The notes under the pieces: generated by a model
Seen by the model: only the letters and a program-made list of their open reading frames with translations
The model's database searches: none
Told to the model about the DNA's origin: nothing
Position numbers and translations under genes: made by a program
Part shown: piece by piece, positions 9,216 through 18,161 of the stretch
Layout: each line of letters begins with the position of its first letter
How positions within the stretch are numbered: the first letter of the stretch is position 1
From: an uncultured delta proteobacterium
GTDB taxonomy: Bacteria > Myxococcota_A > Polyangia > Polyangiales > Polyangiaceae
NCBI GenBank assembly: GCA_963806225.1
Contig: CAWDXG010000004.1
Coordinates: forward strand, 1,152,001 to 1,216,000
Direction of reading: 5' to 3'
Length of the DNA: 64,000 nucleotides

Positions 9216-10686
9216 TCAGCGGCGTCCACCGAACTCGGGAATGACGCCGTTGCCGGGCTTCTTCGGGACCGGCCGGGGCGTAGGCCGGGACACGACGTGC
9301 GGCGGCGAAGCAGCCTTGGTGGGGGCCGCGCTCCGGGCCGGCGGGGCGAGGGGCGCCGGGGGCGGCTGGGCTCCGGCGTCCGCCGCCGCGGGCTCTACCG
9401 AGCCAGCTGCCGGGGGCGGAACCGCGGTCGCGGCCGCGCTCTGCGCGCCCGGGGGCTCGGCACTGACCGGTGCTGCGACGCTGGCAGACGCGGCAGCGGA
9501 GCGAGCCGTCGCCTTCGGGCTCCGGACCAGCAGCATCACCCCCACACTGCCAAGCACCAGTGCCAGCGCTGCGGCCGGAACCAGCCAGCGCGGGCGCTGG
9601 GGCATCGGCCCGACGGATCCAGGCGGATCCGTGCGTCCCCAGGAATCCACAGTCGAACCGCCCGTCGACAGCGTCCGGGCCTTTTCATCCACGGAGTCCG
9701 CCGCTGTCACAGGCCGCGCGACCTCCTGCCGCGCCGGCGACGATGCCAACGGAGCCGTCACGCTGATATCGGTCGCGCCGAGCACGCGAGAGGCCCGCGT
9801 CGCATGGATGTGCGACTCCGGCGGGCCAAACGCCACGATCGCCTGCGCCAGATCCGCCACGGTCGCCCAGCGGCGCGTCCGGTCCTTCTCCAGGCAGCGG
9901 AACAAGGCTTGTTCGAGCTCCGCGGGGACATCGTTGCGGAAATCGGACATCGGCTGCGGCGTGTCGTCGAGCAGCCTGGCGCACAGCTCGGGCATCGAGT
10001 CGGCCAGGTAGGGCGGCTGCCCTGCGAACATCTCGTAGAAGATGGCTCCGAGCGCCCAGATGTCGGTGCGGGTGTCGACCGTCTTGGCCGACTTCATCTG
10101 CTCCGGCGACATGTACAGGGGCGAACCGATCATCGAAGCAGTGCGCGTGAGCGACAGATCGCCCATCGAGCCGCCCGCAATGGACTTCGAGATCCCGAAA
10201 TCGAGCACCTTGACCAGGCGCGTGCCGTCCGCGCGTCGGGTCAAGAACAGGTTTGCCGGCTTCAGGTCGCGATGCACGATACCTGAAGCATGTGCTTCGG
10301 CGACCGCTTCGGACGCCTGCAGCAGATAGTCCACGACCTCGGCGACCGGCAGCTGACCGCGCTGGGAAAGCTCCTCCGCCAGGTCGTGCCCCTCCAGGAA
10401 CTCCATGACCATGTAGGGCACGCCCTCTTCCATGGTGCCGACGTTCGAGCACGCGGGCAACGTGCTCGCTCTGGATGCGGACCGCAGCGCGGGCTTCGCG
10501 GCGGAAGCGCTCGGCGGCGTCGCTGCGCTCGGCCATCTCGCGCCGCAGGAACTTCATGGCGACGCGCTTTTCCAGCTCCTGGTGCCATGCAGCAACGACC
10601 ACGCCCATGCCGCCCTCGCCCAGGACGGCCTCGACGCGGTACTTGCCAGCGAGGATCTGGCCCTCCTCTACCGGAGCTCCGGACAT
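9216..10686 (-). CDS. Hanks-type Ser/Thr protein kinase with TM helix and Pro/Ala-rich tail; one frameshift near 10445
   Basis: [51 protein letters not shown]; removing one base restores HVARVLDVGT. Confidence 0.92.
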
Positions 10687-10762
10687 AATCGAGACGAAGC
10701 GTAGCCTCGATCGGAGCGACCCGCCCGACTTTGTGCCGTTTCGTGCCGCTCGAGGCGGAAAA

Positions 10763-11353
10763 TCAGCGAGCGAGCGAAGCGGTCTCGCCGGGACGCCCGT
10801 CGACCGGGAACGGGTTCGGCCACCAGCCCAGCCCGCTCTGCCGGTACACGGTCAGACGCGCGAGGTCGATGCCGAGCACGGCGCTCACGCTCTGCTGGTC
10901 GTTGGTTCCGACACTCGCCCCCAGGTCGAGCGTGATGCCCCACGGGGCGCCCAGGACCAGCGAGCCGGTCACGCCCTGGGAGCCGATGCCCCAGAAGCGC
11001 CCGTACGCGCCTAGATCGAGCGCACCACCCCAGTCGCCGTTGCTGAAACCGTGCGTCGTGGCCCTCACGAGCAGCGAGAGATCGGTGCCGTGCCCGAGGT
11101 AGGGCTGGATGCGGGCAAGACCGCCCAGGATCACCGGACCCGACGGGGGTGAGCCCATGCCGGCGTCGAACTGCAACGACAACGGCAGCGTGCTCTCGCC
11201 GGATTGTCTCAAGAGCCCGGCACCGCCACCGGCGAACAACCACGACGAGACGTCGGCGTGGGCCGGCCGGGCAGAGACGAGCAGCGCCAGAGCCAGGGCG
11301 ACGCCGGCAACCTGGCAGCCGCGGCGGCGGCCTATCGCGATGCTGTGCGGCAC
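10763..11353 (-). CDS. Secreted hypothetical protein, possibly a small outer-membrane beta-barrel
   Basis: Signal peptide ending PAHA-D; alternating Gly/hydrophobic strands. Confidence 0.6.
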   Translation of the reverse strand: MPHSIAIGRRRGCQVAGVALALALLVSARPAHADVSSWLFAGGGAGLLRQSGESTLPLSLQFDAGMGSPPSGPVILGGLARIQPYLGHGTDLSLLVRATTHGFSNGDWGGALDLGAYGRFWGIGSQGVTGSLVLGAPWGITLDLGASVGTNDQQSVSAVLGIDLARLTVYRQSGLGWWPNPFPVDGRPGETASLAR

Positions 11354-11413
11354 GCGCGCCGGGCTACCACGGCGGCGTTCTGCAAACCAGCACGGAAATC
11401 GCCTGCCCGCGAC

Positions 11414-12148
11414 TCAGCCGCGGTCGGCGCTGTGGCGCGCCGCCCGGACCCGTCGCGCGACCTCCTCGAGCACCTGGGGGTGGTAGAGCAAGCCGTTGTG
11501 CCCGCACTCGCCGACGACGAGCGTGTCGCCGGCTCCCAGCGCCGCGGATTCAGTGACCAACGCGTCGTCCGAGGCCACGATGGAAAGGTGCGGAAGATGC
11601 GATGCCCGCGCTAGCGATCGGCCGAGCCGCCCCAGCACCTCGCTGCCGGACGCGATGTCCCGCCCAGCACCGCCAGGCGCCAGGCGCGCGTGACGCGTCC
11701 CCGCGAACGGGCTGGCCATCGAGATCGTCTGCACGACCCGCGGATCGCCGCCCAGCTCCTGTACGAACCAGCGCACCACCACGCCGCCGAGGCTGTGACC
11801 GACGAGATGGACACGCGCGCCGTCCGGAAGCTGCGCGACCAGATCCGCAAGCCGCCCCGCGAGCGCCTCGACTCCCGGCCCGGGGGGATAGGTAAACGAC
11901 GCGGTGCGGGCACCGAGCTCACGCTCGATGTGCTCGCGCAACGGCCGGAGCACCCCTGCCGTCGCGAACAGCCCGTGCAGCAGCACCACCACGTCGTGCC
12001 CGGGTGCGAGCGCCGCGGGATAGGCCGGCGAGATGTCGCGGTGCAACAATGTGGCCTGGCGCGCGAACGCCATGGCCTCGCGCGTTGCCACCCTCAGGCT
12101 GCGCAGCCCGTCGTCGAAGAGCTCGAGAGAACCATCTGCCAGCGCCAT
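11414..12148 (-). CDS. Alpha/beta-fold lipase/esterase
   Basis: VVLLHGLFA, nucleophile elbow GHSLGG, ASPFAGT, DDALV, GHNGLL. Confidence 0.88.
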   Translation of the reverse strand: MALADGSLELFDDGLRSLRVATREAMAFARQATLLHRDISPAYPAALAPGHDVVVLLHGLFATAGVLRPLREHIERELGARTASFTYPPGPGVEALAGRLADLVAQLPDGARVHLVGHSLGGVVVRWFVQELGGDPRVVQTISMASPFAGTRHARLAPGGAGRDIASGSEVLGRLGRSLARASHLPHLSIVASDDALVTESAALGAGDTLVVGECGHNGLLYHPQVLEEVARRVRAARHSADRG

Positions 12149-12251
12149 CGGCCTGTATTTGATCTAACCCAGCTTCGCGGCCTATGACAGGTTTCTGCGA
12201 GGATTTCCGGCGCGCCGCGCGAGTGCGTCGGACGCTTCGCAGCGCGCAACC

Positions 12252-12689
12252 ATGGCCAATCTCCGCAATCCCGAGCCGCCCGCGAACGCGTTTACGCATC
12301 GCTTCGACGTACCGCCGAGCGACATCGACATGCTCGGTCACGCGGGCAACGTGAGCTGGGTGCGATGGGTGAACGAGGCAGCGACGGCACACTCGGTGTC
12401 GATCGGTCTCGATCTGGAAGCGTACCGCGCGCTCGGCGTGCTGTGGGTCGTGCGCCGACACGAGATCGACTACCTGGGGCAAGCCTTCGAGGGCGAGACG
12501 CTCGAGGTGCTCACCTGGGTGGAGACGCTGCGCGGCGCGACCTCGCTCCGGCGCACGCTGTTCCGACGCGCCACCGACGCCGGCTTGCTGTGCCGCGCCG
12601 CAACCACCTGGGTGCTGCTCGACATCGCCAGCGGCCGGCCGCGACGCATTCCGCGCGAGCTGCTCGAACGCTACGGGTTTTCGGGATAG
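12252..12689 (+). CDS. Acyl-CoA thioesterase (4HBT/YbgC hotdog family)
   Basis: DIDMLGHAGNVSWVRW, WVVRRHEIDYL, GRPRRIP. Confidence 0.88.
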   Translation: MANLRNPEPPANAFTHRFDVPPSDIDMLGHAGNVSWVRWVNEAATAHSVSIGLDLEAYRALGVLWVVRRHEIDYLGQAFEGETLEVLTWVETLRGATSLRRTLFRRATDAGLLCRAATTWVLLDIASGRPRRIPRELLERYGFSG

Positions 12690-12705
12690 CGCTACCCGCC
12701 GCACC

Positions 12706-13376
12706 TCACAGGCATGCGGAGACGGCGGGGTTGCCGCACGCGGTGACCGAGCCAGACAGCCACCGGGCGCAGCAACCGCTGGTGCAGTCGGAGTTCGAGT
12801 AGCAGGTGGCCACGCACTTGGACGGAGCGTTGTTGCCGTCGAAGTGGACACACAAAGCACCGCCTGGCGCCTGCGGGTCGAGCGGGTTGTAGCCGCAGCA
12901 ATCAGCCTGGATGTTGCACGCAGCGTCGATGTCGCTGCAAATCCCGATTCGGCCTCAGCCTCCGCCTCCGCTGCCGCCGGAGCTGCCGTCCTCGCACAAC
13001 CAGTGATCGGTCATGACCGGGTGCGCGTTCGGGCCACACGTCGGGTATTTCTCCCCTTCGCAGATGTTGAAGCCGAAGTCGCATTCGACCTGGTTCGTCC
13101 CGCAGCCGCCCGTGCAGGAGCAGACGTAGCCCTTGCTGTCCTGCGTGAGCGAACAGTCGGTGACGTGCTCCCAGTTGCCGTCGATGACTGCATCAGCTCG
13201 TAGTCGCCCGCGCAGTCGTAGGCGCCGTTCGGGGCTTGCGACGTGCAGTTGCCATGCCAGGGACAGGTTCCACGGGTGGTCGCGCTTCGTCCTCCCGATC
13301 CCCCGGAGCTACCGCCACCGCTGCTGCACGCCAGGGGAAGGACCACCGCGAGCCAAGCGAACCTGTGGAGCCTCAT
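12706..13376 (-). pseudogene. Cys-rich lipoprotein interrupted by a frameshift (about 13187) and an in-frame TGA (12957-12955)
   Basis: GGAGG RBS, lipobox LPLAC; a one-base insertion restores MQCIDGNW; the same frame continues past the TGA as a second Cys-rich block ending at TGA 12706. Confidence 0.6.
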
Positions 13377-13477
13377 GAGCCCGCCTCCTCCGGCAGGATA
13401 CGCCAACCAGAACGAGGGATCCATCGCAAGAGATTCCGCGTGGACCCCGCGATGACGGGGGTCAATCGCGCAGCCGC

Positions 13478-14056
13478 TCAGCCCGCGAGATCGGCCGCCA
13501 GGCTCTCGCGGGTCGCTTTCGACAGGTCCACCTCCACCTTGTATGCGGGGTGGTCGACGCCGAGGCGCAGCGTGCCTTCGCCGGATTCGATCGCGCGGCG
13601 CGCGGCAGCGGAGAGCGGGAACTTCACGTACTGCACTGCCGTCGTACGATCGGTCCGCTCGCCGCGCTTCTCGCCCTGGGCCGGGAGGCGCTCTTCGCCG
13701 GTGGTGACGTAGAAGCAGCGCTCCACGCCAGCCAGGGCGGCCAGCATGCGGTCGCGCTCCTCGGTGTCCGGATATTCGATGAAGACCGTCGCGGACAGCT
13801 CGTCTTCGCCAGGAACGAGCTGGTTGTACGTCTCGATCTCGTGCTGCACGGCCTTGTCGGCGCTGATGCGCTCGGTGCGGAGCATCTCCTGGATCTGGAA
13901 CAGCACCGTGTCGTGGTTCTCGAACAGCACGGTCATGTGACCGCCGAGCGCCACGCGCCGCGCGCGCTTGTCCTCGATCACCCGGCTACGGAAACGCTCG
14001 CGGATCTGCTCGTACTCGCCCAGGCCAAGGATTTCGCTGCGGTCGACAGGCTTCAT
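13478..14056 (-). CDS. DUF3501 family protein
   Basis: YEQIRERFR, LFENHDTVLFQIQEMLRTE, EIETYNQLVP, LSATVFIEY, AVQYVKF, DHPAY; position after rubrerythrin and Fe-S oxidoreductase. Confidence 0.9.
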   Translation of the reverse strand: MKPVDRSEILGLGEYEQIRERFRSRVIEDKRARRVALGGHMTVLFENHDTVLFQIQEMLRTERISADKAVQHEIETYNQLVPGEDELSATVFIEYPDTEERDRMLAALAGVERCFYVTTGEERLPAQGEKRGERTDRTTAVQYVKFPLSAAARRAIESGEGTLRLGVDHPAYKVEVDLSKATRESLAADLAG

Positions 14057-14090
14057 GATTCGCTGAACGTGTGTCGCTTGGGCCGGCGAT

Positions 14091-15422
14091 TCAAGGGCCC
14101 AGACCGTACGCCTCGGCCAGCGCCTGCACCGGATGCAGCATCTCCAGGCCGTTTTCCTTCTTCACGCGCAGCGCGGCGAGATTGCAGTCACCGACCACGC
14201 GCGTCTCGCCCTCCTCCTGGCCACTGCGGATCGCCCGGGCGAGCTTTTTCCCGTAGCGCGCGCCTTCCTCGTAGTAGGCGGCTTTCATCCCCCATGTGCC
14301 GTCCACCGCGGAGCAGCGCTCGATGATGCGCACCTCGGTGTCCGGTAGCTGCGACAGCACGCGCGCGCCCGGCACGGCGATCTTCTGCGCGCGGAGGTGG
14401 CACGCGGCATGGTACGCCACCTTGCCAAGCCCCTTTACGAAGTCGCGATTGAGCTTCTTGTGGCGGCGGAGCTCGTCCAGAAGCTGCATCAGGTCGACGG
14501 TCGCAGCCGCCACTTCTGCCGCTTCCTCTGTCCCGAGATACAGCGGCCACTCGTTCTTCATCGTGTAGCCGCAGGTCGGACCGGGCACCACGACCCTGAG
14601 CCCGCGACGCACGTAGGGCAGGAGCAGGTCGACGTTGTGCTGCATCTTGCGCTTTGCGGCATCCACGTCGCCGCCGTCGAGGTTCGGCATGCCGCAGCAG
14701 GTGAGCGCCATGGGCAGCTCGACACCGAGGCCATTCTTTTCCAGCACGCGGACCGCCGCGCGCGGCACATCGGGGAAATTGTGCTCGCCGTAGCAGGTTG
14801 GAAACAGCACCACCTCGCCCTGCTCTCCCGCTCCCTCCCCCGGCGTGTGCCGGTCGAACCAGTGCGAGAAGGTCTGGCTCGCCATCGGCGGCAGCGGGAA
14901 CTCGGCCGAGATGCCGCTGACCTTCTCGGTGAACTTTCGGATCAGGCGCTTCTCGTTGACCAGATTGGCGAGCTTGGCCTGCGGCCCTGCGCCCAGCGCA
15001 CCGATGATCTGGGGCTCGCCCAGGATGCGGTCGACCAGCGGCACGCCGTCGCGGCGCGCGCGCTGCGCCTTCTCGCGGGCCATGAGCCGCGGGAAGTCGA
15101 GCAGCTCCGACGCGCCCTCGTCGGCGGTGTAGGGGCACTTGATGAAGCAGAGCTTGCACTGCCAGCAGTGGTCAGCGACCTCGCGGAAGGTGCCGGCGTC
15201 GAGCAGCTCCACGCTGTGCGCGCGGCCCGCCTCCACGTCCTTGTCGACTGCGTCGAACAAGAGCGGAAACGAGCCGCAGTACGTGACGCACATGCGGCAA
15301 TCGCTGCAGACGTGGAACGTCCTGAGCAGCTCGCCTTCGAGATCTCGCGGATCCCAGTAGCGCGGATCGTTGGGATCGTAGGCCGGCGGACGCTCTGGAT
15401 TACGTGCGAAAACCTTCTTCAT
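14091..15422 (-). CDS. Rubrerythrin-associated Fe-S oxidoreductase (GlpC/Hdr-like, CCG domains)
   Basis: CSDCRMCVTYC, CWQCKLCFIKCPY, TCCGMP, PTCG, YHAACH, CSAVDGTWG. Confidence 0.9.
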   Translation of the reverse strand: MKKVFARNPERPPAYDPNDPRYWDPRDLEGELLRTFHVCSDCRMCVTYCGSFPLLFDAVDKDVEAGRAHSVELLDAGTFREVADHCWQCKLCFIKCPYTADEGASELLDFPRLMAREKAQRARRDGVPLVDRILGEPQIIGALGAGPQAKLANLVNEKRLIRKFTEKVSGISAEFPLPPMASQTFSHWFDRHTPGEGAGEQGEVVLFPTCYGEHNFPDVPRAAVRVLEKNGLGVELPMALTCCGMPNLDGGDVDAAKRKMQHNVDLLLPYVRRGLRVVVPGPTCGYTMKNEWPLYLGTEEAAEVAAATVDLMQLLDELRRHKKLNRDFVKGLGKVAYHAACHLRAQKIAVPGARVLSQLPDTEVRIIERCSAVDGTWGMKAAYYEEGARYGKKLARAIRSGQEEGETRVVGDCNLAALRVKKENGLEMLHPVQALAEAYGLGP

Positions 15423-15445
15423 CGGCCACCTCTGGCCCCAAGGAC

Positions 15446-15482
15446 AAAAGCCACCGCTCGCGCACGCGGCGCAAGCGGTGGC
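15446..15482 (-). terminator. Intrinsic terminator or attenuator between rubrerythrin and Fe-S oxidoreductase
   Basis: Minus strand GCCACCGCTTGCGC-CGCGT-GCGCGAGCGGTGGC (14-bp stem, one G-U) followed by TTTT. Confidence 0.65.
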
Positions 15483-15508
15483 CCTGGTCGCTTGTGGGCG
15501 TCGCGAGG

Positions 15509-15934
15509 CTAGAGCGTCTCGAGCCCCTTCGATGCCTTCGCGAAGCGACCGGCATGCGACTTCTCGGCCTTGGCGAGCGTCTCGAACCACTCGGCAATCT
15601 CGTCGAAGCCCTCGTCACGGGCGGTCTTCGCCATGCCGGGGTACATCGTCTCGTACTCGTAGGTCTCGCCGGCGACGGCCGAGTCGAGGTTCTTCTGCGT
15701 GTTGCCGATCGGCTTGCCCGTGGCGGGGTCCCCCACCTGCTTCAGGAAGTCCAGGTGACCGTGGGCGTGGCCCGTCTCGCCATCCGCGGTGTCCTTGAAC
15801 AGGCCCGCAACTTCCGGATAGCCCTCCACGTCCGCCTGCTTCGCGAAGTACAGATAGCGGCGGTTCGCCTGGGACTCACCGGCGAAGGCTTCCTTGAGGT
15901 TGTCGTGGGTCTTGGTTCCGTCGAGCTTGGCCAT
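15509..15934 (-). CDS. rbr: Rubrerythrin, short form without rubredoxin domain
   Basis: [58 protein letters not shown]. Confidence 0.95.
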   Translation of the reverse strand: MAKLDGTKTHDNLKEAFAGESQANRRYLYFAKQADVEGYPEVAGLFKDTADGETGHAHGHLDFLKQVGDPATGKPIGNTQKNLDSAVAGETYEYETMYPGMAKTARDEGFDEIAEWFETLAKAEKSHAGRFAKASKGLETL

Positions 15935-15979
15935 GAATATCCTCCGAAAAGCGCGTTCTTGTTGCGCGCTGGGGTCAGG

Positions 15980-16007
15980 AACATAGAGGTTTGTGCGTTC
16001 GGGTCAA
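15980..16007 (-). promoter_or_regulatory. Putative sigma70 promoter of the rubrerythrin operon
   Basis: TTGACC-N16-TATGTT upstream of a GGAGG RBS. Confidence 0.5.
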
Positions 16008-16096
16008 CCCGCTCCGCCCCGCCGGGCTTCCCTCCCGCGCCCGGAAACATACTCCCTTGTCACGCCGTCCGGCACCCCCTGGTCGTCGTGCCGACC

Positions 16097-17095
16097 TCAG
16101 GCCGGCTCCGCCAGCAGCGCCGCCAGGCCCTGGGCGCCGATGACGGCGTAGTTCCGGACGCAGTTGTTGAACACGGCGTGGACGCTCTCCGCCTCCGACG
16201 CCAGGCGTCGCACCGGCTCGACCCAGGCGCGCAGCTCCTCGGGCGAGTACAGATAGTTGAACCGTTCGTGGACGCCGGCCCCGCGTCGCCAGGCTCCGGC
16301 GTTCTGGCCGTGGAAGCGCACCAGCGAAAGCTCCGGGCGGGTCACGGCCGCGATCGGCGGCACGCCGCCGATGCGCGTGTCCGGCTCGTCGACACAGACG
16401 TAGGCGAGCCGATGCCGCCTGAGGAGCTCGAACACCCGCTCCCGGCGGTCCTCGGCCAGCCAGCTCCGGTGGCGGAACTCCACCGACAGCGGCACGTCGC
16501 TCCAACGCTCGGCGAGCTGTTCGATGCGCCGCGCGTTGCCCCGGGTCGCCGAGAACCACGGCGGGAACTGCAGCATCACGCAGCCGAGCTTTCCGGCGTG
16601 CAGCAGCGGCTCGACCAGCGCGCGGAAACGCGCCTCGATCTCGCCGGCCACCTCGGGCGGCATCCGGTCGGCGTACATCCGCTGCTTGTCTTCCGGCAGA
16701 AGCTCCGCCAGATCACGCGGCAACCGCGCCACGTCGATGGGGTGCCCCGTCAGCACCGGGTGCGCCTTCACGTCGAACACGAAGCCCGGCCCGGTCCACT
16801 CCACCCAGTGCTCTGCAGTCGCCGGCGGCAAGAGCGTGTAGTACGTCGCGTCCACCTCGACGAGACTGAAGTGCCCGGCGTAGTGCGACAGTCGCGCCTG
16901 GGCGCTCATGCTCGCCTTCGGATAGAACAGCCCGCTCGAGACCAGCGTGCGATCCGTCCAGCCCGCAGTTCCGGCGCGCACGCGGCCCACGGCGGCGAGC
17001 TCGGGCGCGCGCCCGGCCAGCGCCGCCGCCTCGGCATAGCGCTCCGGATCGGGCTCCGGGATGGCCACGCCGCGTTTCGCACCGGGCTCAGCCAT
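16097..17095 (-). CDS. DUF72 (YecE-like) TIM-barrel protein, copy 2
   Basis: GTAGWTD, VEVDATYY, FVFDVKAH, LQFPPWF, VEFRHRSW, VRFHG, YLYSPEEL, FNNC. Confidence 0.92.
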   Translation of the reverse strand: MAEPGAKRGVAIPEPDPERYAEAAALAGRAPELAAVGRVRAGTAGWTDRTLVSSGLFYPKASMSAQARLSHYAGHFSLVEVDATYYTLLPPATAEHWVEWTGPGFVFDVKAHPVLTGHPIDVARLPRDLAELLPEDKQRMYADRMPPEVAGEIEARFRALVEPLLHAGKLGCVMLQFPPWFSATRGNARRIEQLAERWSDVPLSVEFRHRSWLAEDRRERVFELLRRHRLAYVCVDEPDTRIGGVPPIAAVTRPELSLVRFHGQNAGAWRRGAGVHERFNYLYSPEELRAWVEPVRRLASEAESVHAVFNNCVRNYAVIGAQGLAALLAEPA

Positions 17096-18059
17096 CGCGC
17101 GGCTCCGCCAGCCGCTCGGCGAGCGCGCGGATCGTCAGCGGGCTCGAGCCCTCCGCCTTGTTGTTCACGATCACGAACAGCACCTTGCCCAGAAGCGCGC
17201 AGGCCTCGCAGAGCCGCACTACGTCGGCGCGCATCTGTTCCTGCGGATCGACGATGCGATCGAACGGCGCGAGATCGCGCTTGCGATCCGCGTAGCGCTC
17301 TCCCGGCGGGATCAGCAGCCGCGACACCACGAACGGCGCCGTGAGCACGTCAGGCGCATCGAGCTGCTCGCCGATCGACGGCATGCGCTCCCAGAACGAC
17401 AGCACATGCCCGACGCCCCGGCTGCCGAGCACGTCGAGATAGGCATGCGTGAACAGCTCGCGGTTCCTGAGCTCGACGGCGTACGAGAACCCGCCGGGCA
17501 ACGCCGCCAGGAAAGCGTCGAGCTTCTTCTCGAACACGCCGGGGCGCGGCAGCTCGCGGCGCCGGAGGGGCGAGAGCTCGAACACGAACGGGCCTGCATG
17601 CTCGGCGAAGTGCTCGGCCATCGGGCGCAACACGCTGGACTCGAACAGCGCCGCGTCGAAAAAGCCGGGGTTCGGCTCGCGCGTGCGCGGGTCCACGGCT
17701 GCGGTGACGCCGCTCCACACCTTGGACACGCACGGGAAGCCCGGCGGAAGCCCGGCCGCGTAGCGCTCCAGCGTCGGCGCATCCAGCGGGCGGTAGAACG
17801 AGCGGTCGATGCCCACGGTGCGAAACAGCGGATGGCGCGCATACAGCTCGAGGCCCCGCTCCTTGAGCTCGCGCTCCGACGGACGCCCCGGGTAGACGAT
17901 CCCCGCCCAGCCCGGGAAGGTCCACGACGACGTTCCGAAGCGCACGTGGGGAGGCAGCCGCTCCGCCAATGCCCGCAGCGCCGGCTCATCGGCCGGCGAG
18001 AGCTTGTCCGCCGGTTCGACCCCGGCCGGCGCAAAGAGATCCAGCTGTCGACCGCCCAC
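17088..18059 (-). CDS. DUF72 (YecE-like) protein, copy 1, with N-terminal QLDLF
   Basis: FGTSSWTFPGW, TVGIDRSFY, YAVELRN, IVNNKAEGSSP; 8-nt overlap with copy 2; GTG start inferred. Confidence 0.88.
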   Translation of the reverse strand: MGGRQLDLFAPAGVEPADKLSPADEPALRALAERLPPHVRFGTSSWTFPGWAGIVYPGRPSERELKERGLELYARHPLFRTVGIDRSFYRPLDAPTLERYAAGLPPGFPCVSKVWSGVTAAVDPRTREPNPGFFDAALFESSVLRPMAEHFAEHAGPFVFELSPLRRRELPRPGVFEKKLDAFLAALPGGFSYAVELRNRELFTHAYLDVLGSRGVGHVLSFWERMPSIGEQLDAPDVLTAPFVVSRLLIPPGERYADRKRDLAPFDRIVDPQEQMRADVVRLCEACALLGKVLFVIVNNKAEGSSPLTIRALAERLAEPRDG

Positions 18060-18106
18060 GCTTCCCGCATAGCCCGCGACCGCGGCGCCGACCAGCGGCG
18101 GCAAGG

Positions 18107-18124
18107 TATTTCGTATACGAAATA
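18107..18124. promoter_or_regulatory. Perfect 18-bp AT-rich palindrome, probable operator
   Basis: TATTTCGTATACGAAATA equals its own reverse complement; lies between divergent DUF72 and GH15-like genes. Confidence 0.7.
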
Positions 18125-18161
18125 TCTCCGTCCTGTATCCTCGGGGAAGAGGAGGAGCGGC

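Noticed and set aside
12955..12957. Selenocysteine codon
   Set aside because: The TGA is in a Gly linker rather than a Cys-equivalent position, and I could not identify a convincing SECIS hairpin
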